Source: Marsupella aquatica (taxonomy: Eukaryota; Plantae; Marchantiophyta). From it: a stretch of 64,000 nt of DNA. This document shows positions 25,701 to 37,635 of this stretch, piece by piece. The stretch lies in NCBI GenBank assembly GCA_973895155.1, contig OZ316896.1:14542684-14606683 (forward strand). The letters run 5' to 3'. Position numbers and translations under genes: made by a program. Every line of letters starts with the position of its first letter. The first letter of the stretch is position 1. The notes beneath the pieces are model-generated. The model was given only the letters and a program-made list of their open reading frames with translations, made no database searches and was not told the DNA's origin.

Positions 25701-28700
25701 GTTCCCTTCCGTCTCTCTCGGCAACCTTCCAGTCTCTGCAACGGAGGAGATGTCCAGCATGGATCAGTACTTGAAGAAACAGCTAAACCTGGATGTGGGT
25801 GCCAGAGGATTAGTCCAAAAGCGTGAAAATCTGGGAACTCTTCGCCATCTCTTCTCTCATATTCGGTGGCACCTATCCATCGAATGGCTCGTCCTCTCTC
25901 CGTCAGGTATTTTCTTACTTATACTGTATGAATCTAAACCTTCAATTCAATTCAATTCATTTCATGTCCTTCTTCACCCTCCCAAAATGAGTTCTATGGG
26001 GAATATAAATAGAAGTTTACCACTCCTGTCTCCTCTGAATGTCCTTCTGGGACGTCCAATTGAATCTCATCGTCTCATCTCCCACTCATACTTTTTCGGT
26101 GAATTTCGACGGTGGTCAAGAATCTTTTACCTTCTTTCCCTCTATCTCATCTCCAACACCATTTTGAGTCTTGCCTGTTTCGGTAAATACGAACGTGCCA
26201 CATTTCTCGTCCTCTGGGGAACTCCAATTGAATCTCATCATCTCATCTCCAGCTAATACTTTTTCCGTGAATTTCGAGGGTGGTCAAAAGTCTTTACCGT
26301 CTTTCCGTCTGTCTCATCTCCAACACTCTTTCATGTCTTAGGACTGTTTCGGTAAACATGAGAACGAGCCACATTTCTTTCCCTGTTTAGGGAACGAACG
26401 AAGGAAGGGTCGTACCTCGCCTCACAATAAACCCATAAGCTGTGCATGAGCGTGTTGGAGGGGTACATATACTCAACCAGGAAGGCTTTCTGTCACGACT
26501 ATACTTGAACAGGATCTGTTCTATAGTACGTACATCTTGATCTATGATCGCTATCATAGACAAGTCTCACACCCCGGACGATGATCCGAGGCTTGGCCAC
26601 CAGTGCGCGAATACTGCGGTGCTGCTCCGGCTTACGCTGAATTGGCGGCACCGCCTGATGAACGTCCCGCTGCGCACATTCCGCCAGCGGTGAAGGTGCC
26701 CAAGCGTTCTGACGGGTGAACACAATCCTTTTGCGCTTCTGGATTTGTTGTGCCACTCTCCCTCTCCCTGTGCCGCTAAGTTAGCCCTAACTTCTGGATT
26801 TGGAGGTGCTTTGGCGTTGTAACTAGCCCCTTTCTTCGCGGTGCGATTGGAGAGATCCCTCTCCCTGTGCCGCTGTTAGCCCTACCTCTGAATTTGGAGG
26901 GGCCTTAGCGCTTTAACTAGCTCGCGTTGTCGTGGTGTGATTGGGTCGCGCCTCACTTTGGGTGGAGAGATCCCTCTCACTGTGCCGCTGAGCTAGCCCT
27001 ACCTCTGTATTTGGAGGTGATTTAGCATTTTAACTAGCCCCTTTCGTCGGGGTGCAGTTCGGACACCCCTCACTTTCGGGCCAGAGAGCTGTACCTGTAC
27101 CTCTGTTTCCAGCTGAGCTGCTTTACAGAGCCTCTCCACCAGAACTCATTCTTTGGCCCCTAATTTACTGACGAAGTCGACTGCATGATATACTCAGCAT
27201 CTCTGATAACATTTACTAATTTACTGATGAAATCCACTGTGCTTGATCTACTCAGCGTCTCTGATAACATTTTTGTTGCTTCATATCTAGACTAGGCTTT
27301 GAGGTAGGGACAAGTGTGGGAGTCTGGGTGTGGGGAGCTTTTCATGTACATACGCCTTCTTGCTATTGGCAAAAAACAATTCTGGGGTCTGTGCCCCACA
27401 TCTGAAAGCTCACGTGATTTAGACTATGCTTGCAAGTAGGGACAGGCGTGCGAGTCTAGGTACAGGGAGCCCTTCCTGTGCTTATGCACTAAATTTGTGC
27501 CAGTTGCCAAACAATGCAATTGCAACAAGTTTCCCGGGTTCTGTGCCCCACATCTGGAAACAGATGCAGATTGAGCAGCCAAATTCATTCTGCCAGTTGC
27601 CACATTTGCGAGGAAAAGGCTCATTTTGCCGCCAAAGGAGCTAGCCCCAAAATTGATTGACGGTGCTTGAAGCTCTGTTTTTTTCACTCGCTATTCATCA
27701 CTCCCGACTTGGACTCGTAATGGAGGTCAAGTTAGGGGAGGACCCTTGGGGATCGATCGACTGTTGGTATGGAGTGGAGCTAATTTGCAGGCAGCCAAAC
27801 GTTCCTGCATATTAACCTGATGGTAGCTAGACCACTGGACATGCCACATTCCAGGTCAAATCGTTTTCGACCCTGATATCCCAAAGTGCAGGACTTGTCA
27901 TTCATCCCTTAATTGGATTTGAAGGAATTATTGTATTTAAACAATGATCGCCAAACTCTGCTGAGTGGAGTTGCTGTGGTGTCAATGTTTGAGATTGACT
28001 ACCTCATATTTCGTGTAAAATCTAAGTTGACAGTGTGTTCAACATTCCTCTTCAGGGAAATGTAAGCGAGCACCATTTCGGTTGCGTGAAAATCTTCTTT
28101 GTAGCCAAAAGAGTTGGAGACCATCCATAAATGGTGTACAAAATGTAGGGCTGTCTAATCTATTTCTGAAACTACTAAGAGATAACTACATGGCTCTACA
28201 GTCTGTTCAACACCCTCCTCGAGCTCCGGTTTCAATTATGTGCTCTGCGGCGCAGTTCTAGCGTATCAATCTCAGACGTGTGCTTGTGCTGAATCAGTCG
28301 TCTGTTCTCAAGTTGTCAATGCCAAGGGAAAGTTGCTCTTCGTAGCTTTTATGAGCAAGCTGTACTGTACTTTGGGGTCACGCTAAGCTCTGTTGTCACC
28401 CACTTACTGATTGCTTATTTATGCCGATTGGGATTTTCTTGCGGTATTGGTGGGATCAAACTCCCTTCCTTCATCCAGTAATGGAGTGGGGCTGTGAATC
28501 TTTCGAGCATATTTTGCAGGCGGGTTGCAGAAGAGGATTACAGAATTCCGGGGGAATGGGGATCCGGTGAAGTGGATTGCAAATGATTCCGCCGTGAAAG
28601 AGCTTGGCCTCACAACCAGCGTCCGGAAGGTAACTACTGAAGGAAAATGTGTGCATAGCTGAAGAAAGAACGATTGCGGAATCCAGGAACGAAAAAATAT

Positions 28701-29214
28701 GAAAGACAGCCATGAAACTAGGTCTGAAAAGACATGACAAGATCACCTGACTTCTTCTCTCCATCCATCTGTCCGAAGGTCGACTCACCTTCGTGCTATT
28801 TATCTCCGGTGTGATTTCTGCATGGCTGCTTGAGTTTTCAGAATCATTGTGCAAACTCTTTGCATTGCTGTAAAGCATCTTCAACTGTTCCGTCTGTTCA
28901 AGAATTCTCCTCATCGTTACTGAATCATCGCTCTCACTTCTTTGTCAACCGCTTTGACAAGGTCTCTGGGATCGCCCTTGCTTTCCACAAACCCTACACT
29001 CTGCCAAACGGCCAGTCAGTTTTTTCGTGAAATCATCCTCATCAGAATTCTCGCCTTGCCAGTCGCCCGCTTTGTAAGGTGTCACTAAAATGTTCTTCGA
29101 GTTGCTCAAGTTTCTGGGGCTAACTACATAACGTTCCATGAATTTGTTTTACAGATCTACGAGATGTATTTGAAACGTCTGACAGGTCACGGGAAAGAGG
29201 AGTCCGAAAGGTAG
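22798..29214 (+). CDS. MUTYH: Adenine DNA glycosylase MutY homolog, 8 exons
   Basis: Exons ~22798-22949, 23509-24023, 24260-24319, 24560-24682, 24993-25090, 25356-25906, 28520-28629, 29155-29214. Motifs: LNWYDDNHRIMPWR, AYEVWISEIMLQQT, WAGLGYYRRA, HhH RGIGQYTAGAIASIAF, VDGNVVRV, NQALMELGATLC..P.CSSCPIASHC (4Fe-4S), NUDIX-like RPQKGLLAGLWEFP, FSHI, LGLTTSVRK|IYEM. The first exon is less certain. Confidence 0.92.
26044..26375. repeat. Degenerate tandem duplication (~170 bp) in the large MUTYH intron
   Basis: CCAATTGAATCTCATC(G/A)TCTCATCTCC...GTGAATTTCGA.GGTGGTCAA...TGTTTCGGTAAA occurs twice. Confidence 0.75.
26430..26474 (+). promoter_or_regulatory. Putative USE and TATA-like Pol III snRNA-type promoter of U3
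   Basis: AACCCATAAGC at about -64 (loose match to the USE RTCCCACATCG) and CATATAC at about -28 from the U3 start. TTTT lies ~10 nt after the 3' end. The USE match is weak. Confidence 0.4.
26495..26718 (+). ncRNA. U3: U3 box C/D snoRNA
   Basis: The 5' end ACGACTATACTTGAACAGGATCTGTTCTATAG matches the plant U3 GAC/A'/A boxes. Hairpin CTTGATCTATGAT/ATCATAGACAAG; box C' GACGATGA 26577; box B-like GTGCGCGA 26603; box C TGATGA 26656; box D CTGA 26709. Complementary stems GCTTGG-CACC/GGTG-CCAAGC, GCGGTGCTGC/GCGGCACCGC and CACCC/GGGTG. Confidence 0.92.
26757..27080. repeat. ~3 tandem copies of a ~100-135-bp unit, plus duplications at 27160-27270 and 27303-27560
   Basis: CCCTCTC(C/A)CTGTGCCGCT...AGCCCTA...TTTGGAGG...TAACTAGC occurs three times. 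Confidence 0.75.
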
Positions 29215-30274
29215 AGAGCCTCCTGTTTATTCTCAGAACGTACGACCAGTCCGGGAGAAAAGCAACTGAATGAGGAAGTAGCCTTTGGATGTCCTCATCT
29301 TCACCAAGGTTTTATCACCCTTCGTACGACATCTTTCAGATTCTACCAGTGGATCTCGTTTTAGACTTGATCATGGAAACTTGAGGAGTCACTAGGCAAA
29401 TTCCCGTACGTAGAAATTCTGTGTAAATTGACTGATATGGTACAATTGTTTGTCGGAAATGCACTTAACAGCCATTCTTACTGCTGTGGTGGGAAGATCT
29501 AATTAGATTCATCAAGTGATTGTTGTTTTTTGAGCTAATCAATAATGGGGAGCCTACAAGAGTAGTGCAGCACCGTTTGTACTTCGAGGCCTGAAAATTT
29601 CTGCAGCCCCCGCAGGACCACCTCAGTATCTGCAATTTCTCTCCATTGGTTGGTAGTATTCGAATTGTAACGAGCACGTCCCGCAGGGCCACTTTGGTAT
29701 CTCCGATTTCTCTACTGGTGATGGCTGCGGAGAAAATGCACGTTGTGGTCCTCTTGCAAATATAGATCTTCAGGCTAGTTTGAAGTCCTGGTATAGAAGC
29801 AAGGAAAGAAGATGTCAAATATCCAAAAGGGTGATACCACGACAATGCGCTTGACCTTCAAAGCAATCACGCATTCATTCATTTTGTCGGCAGAGTATGG
29901 TGATAGTCTTCAGCGACTGAAAGATACGATAGGACGAAATACGTCGTTCGAGTCAGTCATTTCAACATGCCGAATCGAATTGCCTCATATTCTTGTGAGC
30001 TATCGCTTTGCTCTCGTTACATTATCTTGCCATCATGGGAGTTTGTGTTGTGCCAATTTGTTGCCGCCTTTAATCTTGCTCGTTAACATTGGAGGATACC
30101 CTGTCGAGGCAACAAACGCTGGCACCCTTTCAACTCCTTGCCGAGTCTAGCGAGAATTGGAGCGACCCGCGGGTTCAGATTTTCGGGGATTCCAATTACA
30201 GGGATTCCAATCACAGGAGCAGAGCAAGTGTTCCGTCGTACTTCTCCGTCTCGCGAAATAGTGGCGACATGTTG

Positions 30275-31474
30275 TCAGATCTGGCAGGAACCAGCGTACG
30301 GTCCCCTCAAGTCTTTGCCTGTGGATGATAGCTGCTCATATTCGTTAGCAGCGTCCAGTTCAGATGTAGGGTTGCTCATGATGGGATGCATCGACTGGTG
30401 TCCTTCATCCCTTCCCTCCTTCCGGCGCTGTAGCTTCACTGGTGTGAGCGCTCGTAAGCGACTGGCCAGGGTTAGTTCATTCGAGTTTGTCGCCATCCCA
30501 GTGAAAGATGAAGAATGACAAGGCGGGTCTATCGCTTCTCTGACGAGTCTGATGGGGGAAGCCACCGCGCCCCCCGAGCTCATCTTGTTGCAATTGCAAA
30601 GGCTTAGAGGCAAACAAGATTCGGAGTAGTCGTCGGTTCCATTAACAGCAAAAATTCTTGCGCAGCAGTTTGCAGCAGAGTTTGTTCGACTCATTTGGAC
30701 AGAGCCTGTCTCGGTGTCGGTCGTCTGAGAGCTTATCAATTTGCTGTTGCACTCAATAGAAATTGGCCCAGGTTTAGGATAGTGGTAGTCCTTCTCCATC
30801 ACAGAACCCAAGCCTTGAATTGTCGACTTCCAGTTCCCAGCATTTGCAGCTGCATGATGACTGATGTCTCCGCCTGAAGAAGTCGTCGTCGGCTTGTTCC
30901 AATAACCGCCGCTGCCTTTCCTTTCTTCGCCTTTTAGTCCTAATGTTATATTGTTGTTCTGTCTATTGTTGTTCTTGTGGATGTTCTCGTTGTTCCCGCT
31001 GGAGATGTACTGGTCGATGAGGGGGATGAAATGCCTCCTCGCCATGCGCAAAGCGTCTCGCAGTTCCTGATAAGGATTGACATCATGGTGTTTGTTGGAA
31101 CTGCTCTTCGATGTTCGTTTGAATAATCTTCTGCAGCCACATACAAGCTTCCCTCCATCTGCAGCGGCTAGGCGGGAGTCGAACCGGTCTTTGGCCTTCT
31201 GCACCTGAATGTGCAGTTCTTGGAACGGGTTATTCTCTTGGTTGCTTTCTTCCCACACCCGATCAGTGCTGAAGGTGTCCCGGGCGTTCTGTATAACCTT
31301 GCAGAGGGATTGCAAGCGGCCGTTCAGTTCAACCTCGTTTAACATTTGCGGAGGAAAGTCCAGCAATTCCTCTAGCTTGTGCAAGCTTTCTGGACGGTGA
31401 TGGTGCCTATCAGACATTAGTCCCCCCGCCAAACCTTGGCGCTGTGAAACAAGGAGTTCGTTGATCCCCGACAT
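30275..31474 (-). CDS. Uncharacterised protein (~399 aa from the first in-exon ATG); may have upstream exon(s) at ~32361-32418
   Basis: 1.3-kb open frame with an acceptor CTTAG at ~31537. An in-phase upstream exon YSSSERTYTTSSGGGVAF ends in G|GTGAG. The N-half is helical and the C-half is low complexity. No family recognised. Confidence 0.6.
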   Translation of the reverse strand: MSGINELLVSQRQGLAGGLMSDRHHHRPESLHKLEELLDFPPQMLNEVELNGRLQSLCKVIQNARDTFSTDRVWEESNQENNPFQELHIQVQKAKDRFDSRLAAADGGKLVCGCRRLFKRTSKSSSNKHHDVNPYQELRDALRMARRHFIPLIDQYISSGNNENIHKNNNRQNNNITLGLKGEERKGSGGYWNKPTTTSSGGDISHHAAANAGNWKSTIQGLGSVMEKDYHYPKPGPISIECNSKLISSQTTDTETGSVQMSRTNSAANCCARIFAVNGTDDYSESCLPLSLCNCNKMSSGGAVASPIRLVREAIDPPCHSSSFTGMATNSNELTLASRLRALTPVKLQRRKEGRDEGHQSMHPIMSNPTSELDAANEYEQLSSTGKDLRGPYAGSCQI

Positions 31475-33480
31475 GTTAATTGTCTGTATGCAATCAACGA
31501 TGCCTCCACCTTGCTCTTCTTGAAAGCCGCATTTCACTAAGACAGGGAAGTAAGGAACTCCGCTGACACAGTATGGCACGTAGCACAACATTTGGTACTG
31601 CTAGAGTGATCGACCACCAAATGACGACTTCTCGTAACGAAGTTCCTGTAACGCAGTTCCTGTTCCAGGACCAGATTATGATTGCAAACCTGATCTCTTT
31701 CTGGTCTGATTTTCGGGATGATTTTGTTGTTTCTAATGTGGTTCTTTAGAGGAAATTTCTCGAATTGCAAGCACTGCACTATTTTTGGCTCGATCAACCA
31801 ACCAACCACCTTCACAGAGCGATGGCAACATTGCATTTGGCAACATGATCGAGTGATTGTGGTATTCCTAGTTCTCTCGTACAAATTATGTTCCAGACAT
31901 TCGAGTATGATAATTGTCTTTCCGGTGATATTCTATTCCTACTGTTGCTATCTTAAGTAAATTTCCACAGATAAAAGTATTGTTCTGCACTGCCATGCAC
32001 ACAATCTTCTGGTTCCCTTCAATTCAAGTATGTAACTGCACCTCAAAACTGGATGGAGCCATCGATTCAGAATACTATGATGCTCATCTTGTCCTTTCTT
32101 TCACAGACACCTTTCTTTCACAGACACGATCCACCAGAGAAGTATGATTCAAGATGGGTATGACTCTGCGCACCAAGAACGAGAGTGCTCTCCTCTTTGT
32201 CTGTCAACTGCACTCCTACTATAATAAGGTTGGAATCATTTCAACCGATGCTCAGACATAACTTTTCCACAGACAGCGGAAAAGCTCGAGAAACTCACCG
32301 TTTAAACCGATGCTCAGACATAACTTTTCCACAGACAACGGAAAAGCTCGAGAAGCTCACCGAAAGCAACACCCCCGCCAGAAGATGTCGTGTAGGTACG
32401 CTCTGAAGACGAATACTCTAGGATGAGGGCAGGTAGAGATCCAAGTACCGTCAATTATTGGAAGTCAGAGAATCCGAGCTCCAATGAAATTCATCGATAA
32501 TTCTTCCAAAGAGCTTGTTATGTATCTGACCGCTGACCTACGACACTCAGGAATTGATTTCAACCGACAAATTTTAAGTGGAGTTCCCTCGTCTGTGATC
32601 GATGGAGCTTGGGTGATGTGAAAGGGCACCACCATCAGCTACGATGACTCCCGACTCCCCTCCCCACTGCCTTCGGGGCTCATGAAGACGAGTTCGAAAT
32701 CTGGGAAGAAAGCCAAACGCTGGCATTGAAAATCCGTTCTCAACGCTGAGGGGAAAGATCTTGGAAGATCAATGGACTCTGGAGTTGCCAACCTGGTCTG
32801 AGTGACGAGGAAGGTCTTGGAATGGCTTATCAAGCAGTGACGAAGTTCTAGATGAAGGTCTAAGAAATCTGACCATGTAGGAAACGGAGGGATCATACCG
32901 TTCAAAACTCTCCCTCCCTTTCCAGCCCCCAGGGTTCCATAGTACTTCCTCACCCCCAAAAAAATCAGGTTCTAAAGTGAGGGTGCACCGGTTCTCAATT
33001 TTCTCAACTTCGGGCCTCAATTTTCCCAACTCGGGTTCTCAATGTTCCCAACTTGCTGAGTTCATCGTTCCTAAGTCACTATTTAAAACTAGCAAGAAAA
33101 CCCAAAGACCTGGAGCAAGATTGAAATGGCCAATGCTGGTGGGGGTTCCTTGATAGTAGCTCAACATCGACATGGCGATTGGAACGATGACTCTCTTCTT
33201 CCCCGCGAAGAACCCTTCAGTTGAAGTACTGCGAGTGCTCAAACCCGGTCTAACACGCACTCGTATCAATCGTCAATGTATTGACATTTGTACGAGGCCC
33301 CACGAATAAGGACACGAGGAATTGCATACAGTGAATTGAAACATAAGTCACTGCTGCGCATTAACATCCATCGAAATGATCCTCAAAGCTAAAAATTGAC
33401 GATTTCTGCCCAAGATTTTACTACGGATGGGATGGACATTTGTTAACACTGGGTACTTGATTCTCAAAGCACAATTTCTA

Positions 33481-36400
33481 TTACAAACGACTCCGGATGA
33501 ACGTCCGGTAATTTGGACTCTTGTTCGAGTCTTTCGAAGTACTTCCTTTCGCTGAGTGCCTTTGGTCGAGCTGGGCAGTAATCAATGACCGGACTTGATC
33601 CTTCTTTACTTTCCCAGTGGAGGTTGTCGGAAAGGGCTCTTCTTGCATCACAATGACCCTTGGCACCTTATACCTGCACATTGAAGAGAATACGCGAGTC
33701 ATGAACATTTGTGCCGAGAGGTATCTTTTGCCCAGCAAAAAGGCCTTCGTTTTCCCCCAGCAAGACAGAATTTGATGTCTTTTGCCTTCGATTCATACCC
33801 GCAGAATAGGTGACCCCTCAAAAATGCCAGGAACACCTTACTAACTCATTCATATACAGACTGAACACAAAAGACAGGAACTTAAGAAGAAGAAAGAGCT
33901 CCATACCGGGACAGTCCCTGCTGTTGACAATGTAATCTGAGTAAGGTCTCTGAAATGACATTGCCAGAAAATCCATCCTTTGAAGTTACTCCGGAGTCCC
34001 ATGTCCAATCTTCTCGTATCCGGACTATTGCAGCCAAGGCTTCGCCAAGTCTCCCGTCCGGTATTCCAACACTTGCTGCTGCAAAAACTGCTGGGTGTTT
34101 CCCCAGCACGGCTTCCACCTGAAAGTTGCAAAAGGGAGGCAGCTGAGGATCACTATGGAATGTGGTCTTGTGCGCTCAGCGGCACTAAGGAAGTGTTACA
34201 ACCATATTAGAAACTTTCTCACAAGGAATTGAAATTATATCACTCTCTCAATCATTTGAGTCTTTATCTAATCAGATGGTAACGACTCTGGCTTTTCATT
34301 TCTCGGGATGGGGAATGCACATTGAAATAAGGCAATGAGATGAGTTGAAAATTCTCTCTTTTATGATCGAGGAGTCTTGACTAAACTGACTGGTGAGGTA
34401 GAGGACAAGGCAATGGTTAAGTGAGCACCTCTGAAGCATACACATTCTCCCCTCCAGTTTTAATAACATCCTTTTGCCGGCCAAGGAGCCACAATTGGCC
34501 CAACTCGTCGATCCAACCAACATCTCCTGTGTCTAGCCATCCATCAGGATGTAGAGTATCCATAGTTTGCACAGGTTGGCCCCAGTATCCATCCATTACA
34601 TGTGCACCTCTTGTCAGGACATTGCCTGCGGTAAGTCGCTCTTCGCTTGGAGTCATGTTGCCCTTGAAACTCATGTTTGTAGGGGAAGGAAGCCCCATAT
34701 TAGAATAACTGTTGCAAGAGAACATTTAGGGTGAGCATCAAATGATCATCAAAGTAAGAATGAGCCTTCAAGTTATTAAGCAATAGACAACATGAAGGAA
34801 GCATGTAAGCCGTTCAACAAGTGACTCATACTGGTTGCGACCACCAAACCTTATGGTTTCTAGCAATCCAGTGTCCCACCTGCTAGGCAATTTGCTCGCA
34901 TCAGACTGAATTTCATTTGTGGCCATCACACTGGTAGCTATAATCACGGGCATGTCGTAGTTTTCTTTCTTTTGTGGGTTAATCCGGATCTCCACGTGGG
35001 GAGCAGGCTTACCCACACATACACCCAAATGAGCAGTTTTCCACTCTTTGTATTCTTTTGGCAGGGACATGTCAGACAGATCTTTGACAAGACTTTCTTT
35101 CCTGGGACTGGATTTTGGATCATGTAGGAGAAGGAAGGTCATCGAAGAACACGCCTCTGTCATCCCTGTGCAACCAATAAACGGCAAATGATGAGTAAGA
35201 TACACATTGAGTATCAAAACAATAGACTCGACAACGAAAGGTTCAACTGCAAGCAGCAGGTCCCCGTCCATGGCCTCCTCTACTCACAGTTTGAATAAAT
35301 CTGACGCAACTAATTTAAACAGTTTGTCTGTTCAAGTTCAGGCATCCAATATCACATAGACAAACCCCAATCAATGTCCCTCAAGTTGAGGTTTCAAACT
35401 GACCATAAGCTGACATGATCTTTGATGCAGGAAATATATCTTTAACTTTCTCAAGCTGGCTTGAAGAAAGGCTTCCCGCCCCATTCAAGATTGTTGCTAC
35501 CGTTGGGAAGCAGTCGATCTTGCCTGCCCCATTAACGGTTCTGCACAAGACCAACAGAGAGTCTCACCACCAAGTTTCTCGAAAACCTCAGCAATTGCTA
35601 CCGCGAGGACTTTTGTCGGCTGGAAAATCGATGATTCGTTCCTGTCTCGTGAGTGGTGCTTAGCAAGAGGAACACTGACCACTCACAAATACAAGTGTTG
35701 CAGCCGTGAACTCCTCTCCACCTCACTTCTTAACAGGAAACAAGATTCTGCAGAAACCTTGCCTGCCTGCAACGCCTATATTTGCATCTTTCTGACATGA
35801 AATTGTGCCCTACCGTGTAACACTCGAAATCTCACCTTGTATTACACTCCCAGCGTGAAATCATGTCGTTAAGCATTGCTGGCACAACAATCATGGTCGA
35901 CACCGAGTGCTTGTCTATGGTTTCGAAGACAGTCTCAGGTTGAAATTTAGGTAATATGATATGGGAACCATTAGCCATCACAGTAGCAAGAGCAGAGGAT
36001 ATCCCTCCTATATGACACATTGTTGCAGTGTGAAGATATACCTACAATGAGACAATTAATAGTATTTCAATTCTTGCATGGTATGAAGGGAACACATCAA
36101 TGATTCCTACATGGGAGACTTAGGACCAAATTTAAGGAGACAGCAGAGAAAAGAAAGTCCATAAGTCCAATATCCAATGACTCTGTTACTCTTTACAGTA
36201 TGAATCCTATTCTGGCCATATATAAGTATTGATATGCTACCTGGTGCTAGAGAGAGACTCTTACATCTTTATGACAATAGCCCACCACTGTCATCTTTGC
36301 TTGGGATTGAACAATCAAGGAATTGTGGCTTAGAGATACTCCTTTGGGCCTTCCCGTGGTTCCTGCAAAATGCAGAGAAATTATGACGGCAGGAAACATA

Positions 36401-37635
36401 AATCTTAGTCTCCAAAGGTAGTGTTTTAAGGAAAACTGAACAAAGTGCCTCACAATACAGGTCTGTGGTTTCCTAGGGAGCGGATTCGTCAACCACTCTA
36501 AACTCCATTCGGGTGCTCCTTATTCAAAAGTTAAGCGGAGGTCAGAGCATGCACCTGATGTGAAACATATTATCGCTATCGAATGGGGTGCGTGTAGTAA
36601 CACTAGCTCTGGCTCTGGTCCCAAAGACCGGATGATTGATTCTGCATCAGTCACTGCAAAATAGACCGTTAGAGAGAATCTGCTGATATTGCTGGGTTCT
36701 GCCTAATGTTCTTTTGCAGACTAAAATTTAGTAAAGCGAATCTTCCTTTCCAAGACCAAATTTCGATTTGTGGAGGGAAAGAATTCACCCACAATAATTT
36801 GCACCGTCCGGAACGCGGGAGCTCCCAATATATACCATCCAAGTAAGCGAAGGGCATCTAGCCTTCAGCACCGAGGACCAGCCCAGACAGTGATCATCTA
36901 CGACCAAGATGCGTGCTTCAATGTCACGAATTGCTGCACCAGCTTCTTCCAAGCTCTGTTCAACCACCAGCATCCCAAGCCATTAGCCCAGGGAAAAGCA
37001 ATCAAAACATTTGGGTTATTGATGTATCACGGCTGATGACCTCAACACAGAAAGTGGCTTAGAGCAAAGAGAAGAATGCAGTCTCTTGCAAAGGCTTAAG
37101 CAAAAAGAAGGACTGGCTGGGAGTGCAACAAGGCAAATGAATCAATGATATCTATTACTTAAAATGAATGCATTCCAATTGTACAATTCTGGCAGCACAC
37201 AAGACATTTCCTTACCCATCGATGGTTCAAAGGGGCAATGATGCCCCCCGCGCTTGGCACTGCCAACAACCATTCCAAGTACCACTCGCTGCACGCAGCC
37301 AGAGTGAGGCATAGATTGTTTCAGGATTTCTTCCTCAGCATCACCTCAGTATGTCTTTCAAAATGATTGAAAACAAAAAGTGACTAAGAATACCCAACAG
37401 AATACTTACCCTGTACACACGAAAAATCCGAATCAACGTACCTATTCAAAGCGGCAATAGCGACTCTGTCTCCAAATTGCAAGCCCAGCTGACGCAGGCC
37501 GGTCGAGAGAGCAGCAATGCGATCGACGAATTGGGCTCCAGTTTGGACCCTTCCATCGCAGACAGTGATTGCCTCAGCCCCTTTTGATGCCTTCAGCTCC
37601 CATAGAGACTGTCCAATGTGAGGACGGCCCGCCAT
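33481..37635 (-). CDS. AAE14: o-succinylbenzoate-CoA ligase (MenE; phylloquinone pathway), ~11 exons, PTS1
   Basis: N-terminus MAGRPHIGQSL...GDRVAIAALNS|EWYLEWLLAV..GGIIAPLNHRW; AMP-binding ICFTS|GTTGRPKG; CHIGG; Y|GMTEACSS; GWLDTGDVG; GRQKDVIKTGGENVY; TSTGKVKK; C-terminal SRL peroxisomal signal. Confidence 0.93.

Noticed and set aside
28945-28947. In-frame TGA codons (here and at 48488) as selenocysteine or programmed readthrough
   Set aside because: Land plants lack Sec machinery and no SECIS or readthrough context is evident. Mutation to a stop is simpler.
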